A DNA stretch of 64,000 nt from Myxococcota bacterium (GTDB taxonomy: Bacteria; Myxococcota; XYA12-FULL-58-9; JABJBS01): NCBI GenBank assembly GCA_036339465.1, contig JAYZAY010000001.1, positions 22,707 to 86,706 on the forward strand. The letters are read 5' to 3'. Below the pieces are notes generated by a model. It searched no databases and was not told the DNA's origin. It saw nothing but the letters and a program-made list of their open reading frames with translations. The translations under genes and the position numbers were made by a program. Shown here piece by piece: positions 49,388 to 60,100 of the stretch (positions within the stretch are counted from its first letter, which is position 1; every line of letters starts with the position of its first letter).

Positions 49388-50899
49388 CTAATACCTGAAT
49401 TGTTGAACAATTTCATTGAGCTTATCGGCTGTGGTCGCCATGCTTTGAGCCGAATTGAGCAGCTGGGTTGAATATTCGGCATTGCCTTGTGCCGTCATCG
49501 CAACATCACGAATACTCTTCGCGATTCCCTTAGTAATATAATTTGCCTGCTGGACGCTATCGGCAACTGTGGAAGCAGCGATACTTTGCTCCTGAACCGA
49601 CAGGGAGATCCCCTCCTGAGACCGGTCAATCTCCTCAATCACATTCCGGATGCTTGAAATTGCGTCAACGGTAGCATGGCTGCTAGTGGCAATGGACCCA
49701 ACCAGCTTTCGCACGTCCTCGGTGGCCTTCGCAGTCTCTTTGGCTAGCTCTTTTACCTCATTGGCTACAACCGCAAAGCCCTTCCCTGCATCCCCTGCCC
49801 TGGCTGCTTCTATGGTCGCGTTTAGGGCCAGCAAGTTCGTTTGTTCGGCAATCGAGGAAATAGTCCTTAAGACACTATTAATTTCGGAGGTACTTTCTTC
49901 AAGCTCCTTGACACTTGCGGTGGTGCTCTGAGCGCTATCGACGGCCATGCGCGCAATATCAGAGACTTTAACGACTTCGGCTGATACTTTATCAATTGCT
50001 TCAGACATTTGAGAAACACCCGCGGCCGCACTTTCAACGTGCTCGCTCATTTTCTCTGTGCCCTCCGAAGCACTGAAAGATTCCTCTGAGGTGGAGATAG
50101 TCGTGGTCTCTAGATCCCCGCTGATCCCGTTTAGCTCCCGTGAAGCTTCCATGACGGAACCAATATTGCCCCCCAAACTCTGCATCGAATTTTGAAGTTT
50201 ATCTACAAACAGATTGAAAGCGCTACCCAAACGCCCAATTTCGTCGGTTGACGTTATTTCCAACCGCTGAGTAAGATCCCCCTCCCCTTCCGCAATGTCC
50301 TGTAATCGCACCACGGTTGCCGCAATTGGCGCCACCATTCGACGAGCGACAAGATAAAAAAGCATGCAGCCCACAAAAAGCATTGCCAAACCAAAACCGA
50401 ATGTCACCGATCTCGCCTCCGAAATTGCATCCCAAACACTAGACCGGTCCAAAACAATCGCCACCGAGCCCACCACCGTGCCCCCGTCTTCCTCTTCGCC
50501 ATCTCCCTTGGCCCTGACCTTCGCCACAAAAAGAAGGTAGGCATCCGTGATCTGTACACCTGGTTTATCCGGATCGATCCGAACTGCGTTTGCTTTACCC
50601 TCGCCCGAAACCGCGACCACAATCTCACCAGTAGCATTGTAAACATTGAGAAAGGCCAGGTCTGGAACCCCCCCAAAAGGAGCCACTGCCTCCCGTATGC
50701 CTTCGGTATCACTTACTAACCCAAGTCCTGTCTGAGCAATTTTCGACGCCAATTCAATAGCCACGCCACCAAACCGCTCAAGGTTTCCCTGCGCAATGCG
50801 ACCCTCTCGGCTTGAGAAAAAGACACCCATCACCAATGCAAGCACAACAAGGATCAGGGCGAGGCCGCCAATCAGTTTCTGAACGATTCCAGAAGTCAT
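49388..50899 (-). CDS. Methyl-accepting chemotaxis protein (two TMs, HAMP, MA domain)
   Basis: GEGDLTQRL..DEIG HAMP; IAEQTNLLALNATIEAARAGDAGKGFAVVANEVKELA. Confidence 0.95.
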   Translation of the reverse strand: MTSGIVQKLIGGLALILVVLALVMGVFFSSREGRIAQGNLERFGGVAIELASKIAQTGLGLVSDTEGIREAVAPFGGVPDLAFLNVYNATGEIVVAVSGEGKANAVRIDPDKPGVQITDAYLLFVAKVRAKGDGEEEDGGTVVGSVAIVLDRSSVWDAISEARSVTFGFGLAMLFVGCMLFYLVARRMVAPIAATVVRLQDIAEGEGDLTQRLEITSTDEIGRLGSAFNLFVDKLQNSMQSLGGNIGSVMEASRELNGISGDLETTTISTSEESFSASEGTEKMSEHVESAAAGVSQMSEAIDKVSAEVVKVSDIARMAVDSAQSTTASVKELEESTSEINSVLRTISSIAEQTNLLALNATIEAARAGDAGKGFAVVANEVKELAKETAKATEDVRKLVGSIATSSHATVDAISSIRNVIEEIDRSQEGISLSVQEQSIAASTVADSVQQANYITKGIAKSIRDVAMTAQGNAEYSTQLLNSAQSMATTADKLNEIVQQFRY

Positions 50900-51297
50900 A
50901 AAGTGTCCCTATCTTGTGACAAATTAGCCGACGATTGCCCTGAAAAGACTATGACATAAACTCACAACGGGTTACAAATAGGTGCCCGGAATCGGTGTTT
51001 TCCTTGTCATTCACAATCACTCCCTTTCTTGTAATCGGGACCGAATCGAAACAACAGCGTTCGACCACCACGTTTTTCATCCCTGATTTCGTAAGACTAG
51101 GAATTCACCCATTTACCTACGCCCTCAGTGCTGTGAAAATAGGACCCTTGTCCAACTTGACGACATATTCTGTGCCATTAGGCGCCGACTTTTTCAACAT
51201 ATTTTTCCGACTTGCGCTCACCGGCCGTTTCGAGTTTACATAACGAGCTAACACCTAAATGGTAGGCACAAACTACCTTCCCCGAAATAGGACTCCC

Positions 51298-52155
51298 ATG
51301 TTCAAAAAAATGTCGTATTCAGGAAGCTGGTACCCCAACACCCATGACGCGTGCAGAGAGACCCTGAAATCCTATATTGCCTCAAACCACTCAACGGTAA
51401 AAACAGTTCCCGGCAATCGGCCACAAGCTATCATTGCGCCACACGCTGGCTGGTATTTCTCGGGGGCATCTGCGGCTACCTCCTACAACACCCTCGTCAA
51501 CCACCAAAAAGAGCCCACTGACCTCGTTGTCCTATTCGGAGGCCATGTGGGCGCAGCATCACCCCACTTTCTCTTTTTGGGTGAGGGACTCAACACTCCC
51601 CTTGGCCCCCTTAAAACCAGAAAAACCCTTCAGGATGAACTTCTAAGACTGCCTCAATTGAGACATAGTTCGAACGTAATCGATACCGCTGACAACGCGA
51701 TCGAGATTCATTTACCTATGATCAAGTTCTTCTTTCCTAATAGCACCGTCGCAATCATTACGGCGGCCCCTCGTGCCGACGCCTGGGACCTGGGCCAAGA
51801 AATCCGAAACATCACCGCAAAACTTTCATTACAGACCGTATTTATAGGCTCCACCGACCTGACTCATTACGGCTTGAACTACCGGTATACCCCCAGACAA
51901 GGCGAAGATAGCCCCCATGAGTGGGTGCGCCTTCACAATGACCATGACCTCCTCCAGCGGGTCGTAGAAAAAGACCCAGAAGGTATCCTGAACCACTCCC
52001 TCGAAAACAAAAGTTCCTGTTGTCCTGGCGCCATTATTGCAACACTCGGTGCCACCTCTTCTCACCCAAACACCCCACGGATTCTCTCTCACCATCTGAG
52101 CTCTGACATTCGATACGACGAAAATTTCGTGGGATATGGAAATGTTTTAATCTAG
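51298..52155 (+). CDS. AmmeMemoRadiSam system protein B (MEMO1 family)
   Basis: GSWYP, IAPHAGWYFSG, TPLG, NAIEIHLP, STDLTHYG, FVGY. Confidence 0.88.
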   Translation: MFKKMSYSGSWYPNTHDACRETLKSYIASNHSTVKTVPGNRPQAIIAPHAGWYFSGASAATSYNTLVNHQKEPTDLVVLFGGHVGAASPHFLFLGEGLNTPLGPLKTRKTLQDELLRLPQLRHSSNVIDTADNAIEIHLPMIKFFFPNSTVAIITAAPRADAWDLGQEIRNITAKLSLQTVFIGSTDLTHYGLNYRYTPRQGEDSPHEWVRLHNDHDLLQRVVEKDPEGILNHSLENKSSCCPGAIIATLGATSSHPNTPRILSHHLSSDIRYDENFVGYGNVLI

Positions 52156-52410
52156 AATCCACGTAGACCAGACCCGTACTAGCCGCGAAAAACGCTTATA
52201 CATCCTGAGTCGCAAAATGCCAACCAGACCAAAAACAGTCACAAAATCTCGTTACATCTGGTCAGTAAACCGGTTTCGATGCGCGGTTGCACGTACACGT
52301 TAAATCGATTGGTACCCACTCACGAAAACCCCACAAAAACCGCCCGATTCGGTTTTTCCTACTTTCGTCACGATACCCCGAGAACGGCACCCACAGTCAT
52401 TTCAAGGCAC

Positions 52411-53994
52411 TTAGGCGTCGGCAACCCTCGTAGAACAATAGCCGGCACGACGGCCGCTAAAAACACAATCCGCTAAAGACAATCCGCTAACATACTGCCT
52501 TGAGCAAACACCTACAGCTGCCCGCCCCGCGGCGTAAAGGCCCCTCATAGGTTCACCACTTTCAGCTAAAACTTGCCCTGTGTCTTCGTCCACCGAAATG
52601 CCCCCTAACGTAAGAGTGGGACATGGAAACTTCCGGCTATCAATCGAACAATCGATCCCGTAATAAGGAGGACCCTCCAAAGGCCTAAAATGATTGCGTT
52701 CCTTACCAAACACGTCGTCACCCGATGTCCTAGCACGGTCATTGTATTCTCGCACCGTTTTCTTCAGTCCCTCCGGGTCGATCCGTAGACTTTTTGCTAA
52801 TCCACTTAAGGAACTCGAACGCTTTGCGTTAAACCATAGATTAAGAAGGGTTGGCACCATTTGAAACCACTGCGATTTCCCCAAACGAACCTGTTCCCTC
52901 GCCTCGCGCTTCAGTGTTTCATCTATAATCAAATAAGAACGCCCCTGATTGTGCTCTACCATTTCATAGCCGATGGTCGCCCCGTAAAATTCTTCGGACA
53001 CATAACGTTCGCCGGCAGTATTCACCAGAAGGCCCGAAGTGAAGGCCCTGGGAGGATTGATAAATCGCCAGGCGGAAACCCGATCCAAGTATTTCGTCAT
53101 GGCACCTATTTCTTTTGCGATAACCAGCGCGCTACCCTGATCCCCTCCCGTTCCCAAGGGCATTCCCGGCCTATACTTTGGAGCATATTGACGCACCAGG
53201 ACCCTATTATAGATAAACCCGCCTGTAGTCATAATGAGACTCTTTTTGGCTCTTAAAAAAACTTCTTCTCCATGACGAGATTCCAAGTAAGCACCAAACC
53301 TCCGAAGCTTCTTACTCCAAGTCGGCACGTAGTTATTGAGTTTAATCGCCCATTTCTCCGCCCACCAATGCAGCAGTGCTACCACCGGTTTAGACGAGAG
53401 AGTCAAGGCTGCTATCCTCCATTGACCATCATCGTCTTGCTTAACAGAGTTTGCCTTCGTCTGTAAGTAGGTTCGAACCCCTCTTCTTTTAAGCGCATTC
53501 CACAATGGGACAAAGAACCGTTTACCCGGCATCCCCTTTCCCTTGACCCTATGGCCTCTCGGAGCCGGCTTCGCCCCGGCCCTATAAGGCTGACTTAACT
53601 CATCTCCTGAATAATACAAACCAAATTGGTCGAGAGGATAAGATGTTTTCCCTTCGCAGAAATGACTGTGAAACGGGACCCCATGGGACTTAAGCCACTC
53701 TAAATTGGCTGCGCTTTCCTCGCAAAACCGCCTTAAGGTGTTGTCTAATACAGCGTCTCCAACCACACACTTAAGGTAGTTAAACATCTCCTCAGGCGCA
53801 TCATCGAAACCCGCCTCTCGTTGTTCACCGGTTCCTCCCCCGGCATAAACAATCCCCCCGCTTATTGCGCTAGTACCACCTCCTCTAAAACGGTCTACAA
53901 CCAAGACATCGCCCGAATTCACACTCGCCTCAAGAGCCGCACACACACCGGCCGCCCCCATACCTATGATAATTATGTCCGCGTCTATTTCCAT
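52411..53994 (-). CDS. FAD-dependent 3-ketosteroid delta4-(5-alpha)-dehydrogenase-like protein (TesI-like)
   Basis: GMGAAG, SGGIVYAGGGT, KTSYP...LYYSG.E, APRGHR, TLGG, YVSGLSLADCVFSGRRAG. Confidence 0.75.
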   Translation of the reverse strand: MEIDADIIIIGMGAAGVCAALEASVNSGDVLVVDRFRGGGTSAISGGIVYAGGGTGEQREAGFDDAPEEMFNYLKCVVGDAVLDNTLRRFCEESAANLEWLKSHGVPFHSHFCEGKTSYPLDQFGLYYSGDELSQPYRAGAKPAPRGHRVKGKGMPGKRFFVPLWNALKRRGVRTYLQTKANSVKQDDDGQWRIAALTLSSKPVVALLHWWAEKWAIKLNNYVPTWSKKLRRFGAYLESRHGEEVFLRAKKSLIMTTGGFIYNRVLVRQYAPKYRPGMPLGTGGDQGSALVIAKEIGAMTKYLDRVSAWRFINPPRAFTSGLLVNTAGERYVSEEFYGATIGYEMVEHNQGRSYLIIDETLKREAREQVRLGKSQWFQMVPTLLNLWFNAKRSSSLSGLAKSLRIDPEGLKKTVREYNDRARTSGDDVFGKERNHFRPLEGPPYYGIDCSIDSRKFPCPTLTLGGISVDEDTGQVLAESGEPMRGLYAAGRAAVGVCSRQYVSGLSLADCVFSGRRAGYCSTRVADA

Positions 53995-54166
53995 TATTGT
54001 GCTCCAAGCGTTTCCCTAAACGCCTCACCATACCACACTAGATATACTTCACTTTCACCTAAGAGCTTTACTTACGGTAACTTTCCATACGAAAGAGTGC
54101 GGTACCTGAAACCACTCACTTGGCTACGATACCTTGCAAAAAAACCAACCACTAGACTTCTTTTCA

Positions 54167-57100
54167 CTAGCCCGTGCGTATTTCATCGAGCACTTGCGTG
54201 GCTTTTTGTTCTTCCTGCGCAATTTCATCACATAGCAACCGATAAAACTGCATATTTTCTGATTCAAGTTGAGAAAGAGAACAACCAGGAGGACCGGAAA
54301 AGGTTTGCTTCACTGCCTGTCGGACCTGCGCCTTCTCTTTCTCGGCCCTCTCATACTCTTTCTTTTTAGCGGCGTAGAGGTCCACTTCCTGAAAATATTG
54401 CCTTGCCGCACCCCTTAGACCTGAAAGTGCACACACAGTTCGGAGATTAAAAGCATAAGGACGAGCTTGGCCATACTCTTTGACTCCTAGAGACCGCACA
54501 TACGCCGAATCCGAGCCCACCCCAAAACCTTCACGAATCAAATCGCTCAGTTCTGCCTGCACACTCGGATCCGTTGATTGCGTCTCTGCATAACGTTCGA
54601 TGGCTTTGGCTAAGTTCTGCTGGCCAAACTTGCCATCCTGATAATTGTAGTCCTTTACACCTCCATAACCCCTATCGAGTTCATTCCATACTCCTTCAGT
54701 AATTGCACCATTATCCGTTGTTCGTAGCCACTTTAGAATATGCGATGCCACCGCGGCCGCTTTTCCATCGGCAGCATCAGCCCCCACTTTACCTTTCACT
54801 CTAGCTTCGAACGCCACGATAGCCGATGACCGAGAAGGAGAAACTGGCGCTACTTCAATCACTTGCGGACAGTGTTTCTCAAATTGCGAGATAAAGATCT
54901 CATTCAATGCACTCAACAGGGCATTCCCCGATGCCACGAGATCTTCGTTTACCGAAACAGCCCGACCAGTGCACAAGCGGCTAAATATGGTCTCAATCTC
55001 CTTTGCCGCATCCGGATAGAGACGTTTCAACCGCGCACCACTCGGGCTGTTCATTATTTCCGAGAATTGTTGCTGCGCTGTCCTATTTCGATACAGAAAT
55101 CCTTTTTTTAAACATTTACCCTTAAGTCGCTTGCCCTCATCGGCGCATGCATTTTTTTTATAAATTGCGTTGGAACGCTCTAAAAAAGTCGCCATTCCCA
55201 CGGAAAGAGGCACGATTGTTTCTGATATCGAACCCACGCTAAGCTCTTTAAAACCCTCGGGCTTCAAAAAGAAGGTTACCGGCGTCTTTTCATTTGGGTT
55301 CGGGCGCCTACGGCGCATATGTTGATAAACCGAATTAGAACTCCGATGCTCATCGTATACAATGGCTTGGGCGCGAACATCTTCCAGGCTGAATCGTTCG
55401 AAATCTCCCCCAACCGAATCCCGCGTATAGAGACAACAAACCGTGTAGCCTTTTCCTTCGCTGGCCTTTTTAAAATCACTAAAACCCTGAATGCTTGCTG
55501 GCACCCCGTCTTCACTGACAGCCATCATAACCTTCCCGCCCTCGGTAAGGTACCCGATGCCAACAGGGCCACCATCCAGCTGGCTTGATAGCCTTGAGGC
55601 CGTGCGCGCAATATCCAATTCCGAGATCGTTTTCGAACTATCTCCTCGGTTCCCTATCCTAGCGTCCGGCATTTCTATCAGGTAATGATTGGCCCGCCCA
55701 ACTTCCGGACGATATTCCGACAGTTGCTGCTTGACGATATTCGCAAATCGCGATTTAGCATCGCCATTCGCCAAAGCGAAATTCGTATCCCTTCGAAACT
55801 CTTGTTTCTGTGTTTGAGCCGCCATCTTTGCCCGATCTATCAAACGGGCCATAGATTCGCGCCAGCCAGACACTCTAGTCGCGGTAGTAGGCACCCCTCC
55901 CCTTTCTACTTCCCTCTCTGCCCGTTTTACTTTAAATTCCTTACGCTCTGTACGGTTCCTTAGTTCTTCTTGATTCACCGTGGCAGACATATGGACCTGC
56001 CTACTGACACCCAACTTGTTGAGTTCATGCTGAATCCAGCTCGACTGCCCATCCTTGGTCGATAAGCGGTACGAATTATCATCGTAATCATCTAAGACAA
56101 AAAGCGTCTTTTGAAGCTTGGCCTGTTCACCTTGCTCCGAGGAAAGATCAGCTAATCCTGGCAGTATCTTACTGGTAAAACTTTCTGCCGTGATCCACAC
56201 AGGGTCACCGCCACCATCGCCCCTCGCGAGTCGTTGCCTAAAGTCGGACAAACTTTCCAACCTATCCCAGCCCTTAAAAGCGGGATGGGCCGGTCCGATG
56301 TGAACAATCGTCGGGACATCCAGAGCCAGTAAGTCAGGTGCAATTGCAGACATGAGGGTTTTCCCCCCACCCGCTTCAAGGTTAATGACCTGTGTTTTGT
56401 CCGATGCGACTGCGTTACGAAATTTTTGCAAGATTGAGATCTGATTGCTCCCAATGGGACACCCCTTGAGGCGCCCGCCTTCAATCGCATCCTGAAATGC
56501 GAGTCCAATGGTATCAGATATCACCCGGGCTTCTGGAGAAATCTGTTCATCTCCCATAGGGTTGTTCAGGCTCGCAATCTCCGCCGCGGAGGCGGGGGTT
56601 TTGAAAAACTTCGCGGTCTTTCCTGCTTTGTGGTAGGACAACCGAGAATCTAGTACCGCGTACGGGTAGACCAGTTCCGACACAAATTCCGTGCCCTTAT
56701 CGTCAAACTCCGCCAGAAACTCCACGGGAATGTCGCCGGAACGAAAACGCTCGATAATGGCATCAAAATCGATATTTCTAGGTAATTTTGCATCTTCCAA
56801 CGATTGATAAAACAGGCCCTTGATCACATCTAGACGCCGCCGACAATCAGCAGCCGAAACCACGTCGAGGCCTTGAAGATTACCAACCTCCTCAGGAATA
56901 GAGGGCAACTCGATCCATTTGGGCGCGGGCAACTTCTCAGCTCTCAATGGAACCAGTTCTCTGTCGTATTTCTCAAGAGCCTGTTTAGTAACTGAGCCGC
57001 GAAAATCGGCCAGAAGTTCCGCTGCCGACGCTCGCGCACTGGCACCACGAGAAGATATCATGTTGGAATGTTCATTAAGGACACAAACATTAAATAAAAC

Positions 57101-60100
57101 GGGATCCGCATTCACCACTTCGGGATAGAGCCTCCGAAATTGCGGAAGATCGACCTCGAAAAAAGAGCCAAGCATGGCGAGACGATTATGCTTAATAAGC
57201 TCGGGTTCCAAAACCATCGAAAAGAGATAAGCCGCCGTTAGTTCCTTCAAGTTTTGAAGTGCCGCTTGGCTCGGGGCCAAACTCCCCCCAGCTTTCGAAG
57301 CAGCGACGGCGCGTCCAATGACATCCCTCACAGACCGAATTTTCTTTATATTCCCCCTCTCTTGAACGAAACTCCAATGGCTCATGACCTCGCCAACACC
57401 CCCGCCTAAGCCACTTTCCTGATTTGCGAATAGATTATTTGGTCGAACCTTACCCGGATTTTTTATTTCTAACAAACGGCCTTGAAGTTCCGTCTTTTCA
57501 AGTTCACCCACCCCCGACACACGGTCGCAAACAACCTTAAACATGGGGTCGCATTCGGACTCGTCACCATCCATAACTGAAAAATAGTCGGCCAATAGGT
57601 CCGTTAATTCACAAGCCTTGGCGGATCCCATGTCACTTCGGGCTTCTAAGAACGCAACTTTGATGTAGCTATCCCAGAGAGAAGTCTGCATTTCTTTGAG
57701 ATTGCCGCGTTCCTTTGCCGCTTCATGAAGACGGTAAAGATTACCGGCTATCTCTTTGTATTCATCTGGTAAATCACCTGTCTTGTAGCTTGTTCGCAGA
57801 AAGAGATCTGTATTCAGTTTTGGGGCTAATTTATCAAGCTTTGCATCGGTCTCTGCGGCCAAGGTCACAAATGCGCCCAAACCGATAGTTGCATTCGGTT
57901 TCGCTGCCGGCGCACTATCCAAATGCGCTGACTCCGTAGACAACTTCAACTTAGCCAAAAACGGGCTTACATCCTTCAATTCAGTCTGTACGTAGGAAAC
58001 ACCGGCTGCATCCAAGACCTGTTGTCCCTTGGCCAGTGCCCGCTCGATACCAGCCAATCCTTGTCCAATAATTTTCTCGAGATGCGCCGTGTAGGCTTCA
58101 TTGTCAACAAGGTCAGATTCAGCGGCCCGAAGCTCTTCTCGTAAACCAGAAAGTTCTTCTTCGAGTTCGCCCTTACTCTGATTTGCGGCATCGAGATCCG
58201 ATAACGCATCGGCCAACCGCGATTGGTCGATTTCCAGTTTTTCGGTCAGTGTTCTTAGCTGTTGACTCTTTCCCGTAATAGTACCCTTCGCATCCTGCAA
58301 CGCTAAATGCGCTTCTTCAAATTCCCGCGTCTTCGATTGAAGCTTCTGAGTGAGCGAGTCGATGGTCCCGCCAGCCCCAATCAAAACCCTGAGTTCCTGT
58401 TCAAGCTGCTCCTGCCATTCTTGCTCACGCGTGACTGCTTGGTCCTCCATGTGCCCTATTTTCCGGCGTTCGGCCTTTAGGTCATCCCGAAGTCCACCTA
58501 TTTGGTCTGTTTGTGAACGCACCTCGCCTCTGAGAAGATCTAATTCTTGTGCCTGCGAATCGATCACACCTGCCTGTTCAGAAAGCGCCACACGCGCAAC
58601 CCGAAGTTTACTTTCAACCTCCGACTTTGTGTTGCGTGCTCGGGTCAAGCTATCATTTGCGCTCGCTAGTTCTGAATTCACATTCTCCATTTGGGAACGA
58701 ATTTTTATCAATTCTGTTCCCAGGGCGTCGATCTGGGCCTTATCCGATGACCCTGCCTTGGATAGCGTCTGAATATCTTCAATGGCACGGGTGAGCTGTG
58801 CTTCTTTATGAAACAAGGCCCCTTTAACGGCACTTAGCTCAGCTGCCTTCTCGGAGAGCTCTTCTTGATGCTGATGAAGGGCCCCATTTGTTGATAACAA
58901 AGAAGATTGACTGGCTAAGAGCTGAGAGGCTAGCGCATCTTTGGCCGTGGCATCCAGATCCCGCGCGGCCTTAAGCGACGCAATCTTGCCCTCAAGTTCC
59001 TGGACAACATTAGCTGCCGTCTCAGAAGAGGCATCGAGCTTCTGCATCACCTTTTTTCTCGCCACCTGACTATGCTTAAATTCCCGCTTCCATTCATCTC
59101 GCTCGCTTTCGGCTGACGCGAGAAGAGCATCGACTCGCTCCTTCTCTGTGGTCATCACCGCCAAGCTGTTTTGGACACGACCCAATTCAGCTTGGCGCTG
59201 TTCACGTTCTCGCCCAACTGCGCGGAGAGTGGCCCGTGCATCGACCAACTGCCCATCCAGCTTCCCAAGGGCTGTTTTAACCTCTAACAACTCGCTCCTT
59301 AGGCCCTCGATTTCTTCAGAAGCCGTGGTACTTGCCGCAGAGGCTCCTTTCATGGATTTAACCAATTCACCGATCTGTAACTCTTTTTGCGCTAAAAGAG
59401 GCCGGAGATCGGCTAATTCCTCGGCCTGAGAAGCCAAGCGCCCTTCTTGCTCACTCAACACCGTGGCCGCAGCCGCCAAAGACGCTTCACCCGCTAGGAT
59501 ATCCTCTGTGAGTTTCTGTCGCTCTTTAGAACCGGCCGATTTCAGCTGGTTTAACTGATCTTCAAGCTTGGCAATCCTTTCCAAACTTCCTTCCCGCACT
59601 TGAGCAAGCTGTTGGCCCAACAGCGACATCGCGGATTCTGAATCCCTCAGAGTTTGGGTGGTGCGTCCTAACTCGACCTGCAGCGTTCCTGCCAACGCTT
59701 CCGACAATTCTTTAGCCGCCACAGCGGCGGTGAGCTGAGCTGTGGTGGTTTCCAGCTTACCTTCTAATTCCGCTTTCTTGCCCTCAATGTCCTTCAGGCT
59801 ATCTTGCGTCTTACCAAGTTCGCCCCTCACCAGCACCAGTGAAGACTGAACGCCATGCAGCTGCTCAGCCAATGAAGCAATTTGCGACTGACTTTCCGAG
59901 TTTAACCCAGACGCGGATTCCAATTCCGCTAGAAAATCCGAGATCTGAATCTCCCTATGGGACAGCAAATCCCTTAGACCCTCTAGTTCCTCAGATTGCT
60001 TCCCTAGTTGGTTTGCTTGACGCTTCAAAGTGTCTGTGGCCATCGCCAGCGCGCTTTGACCCGCAAGTATCTGAGCCGCCAAGTCTTGTCGCTCTTCATC

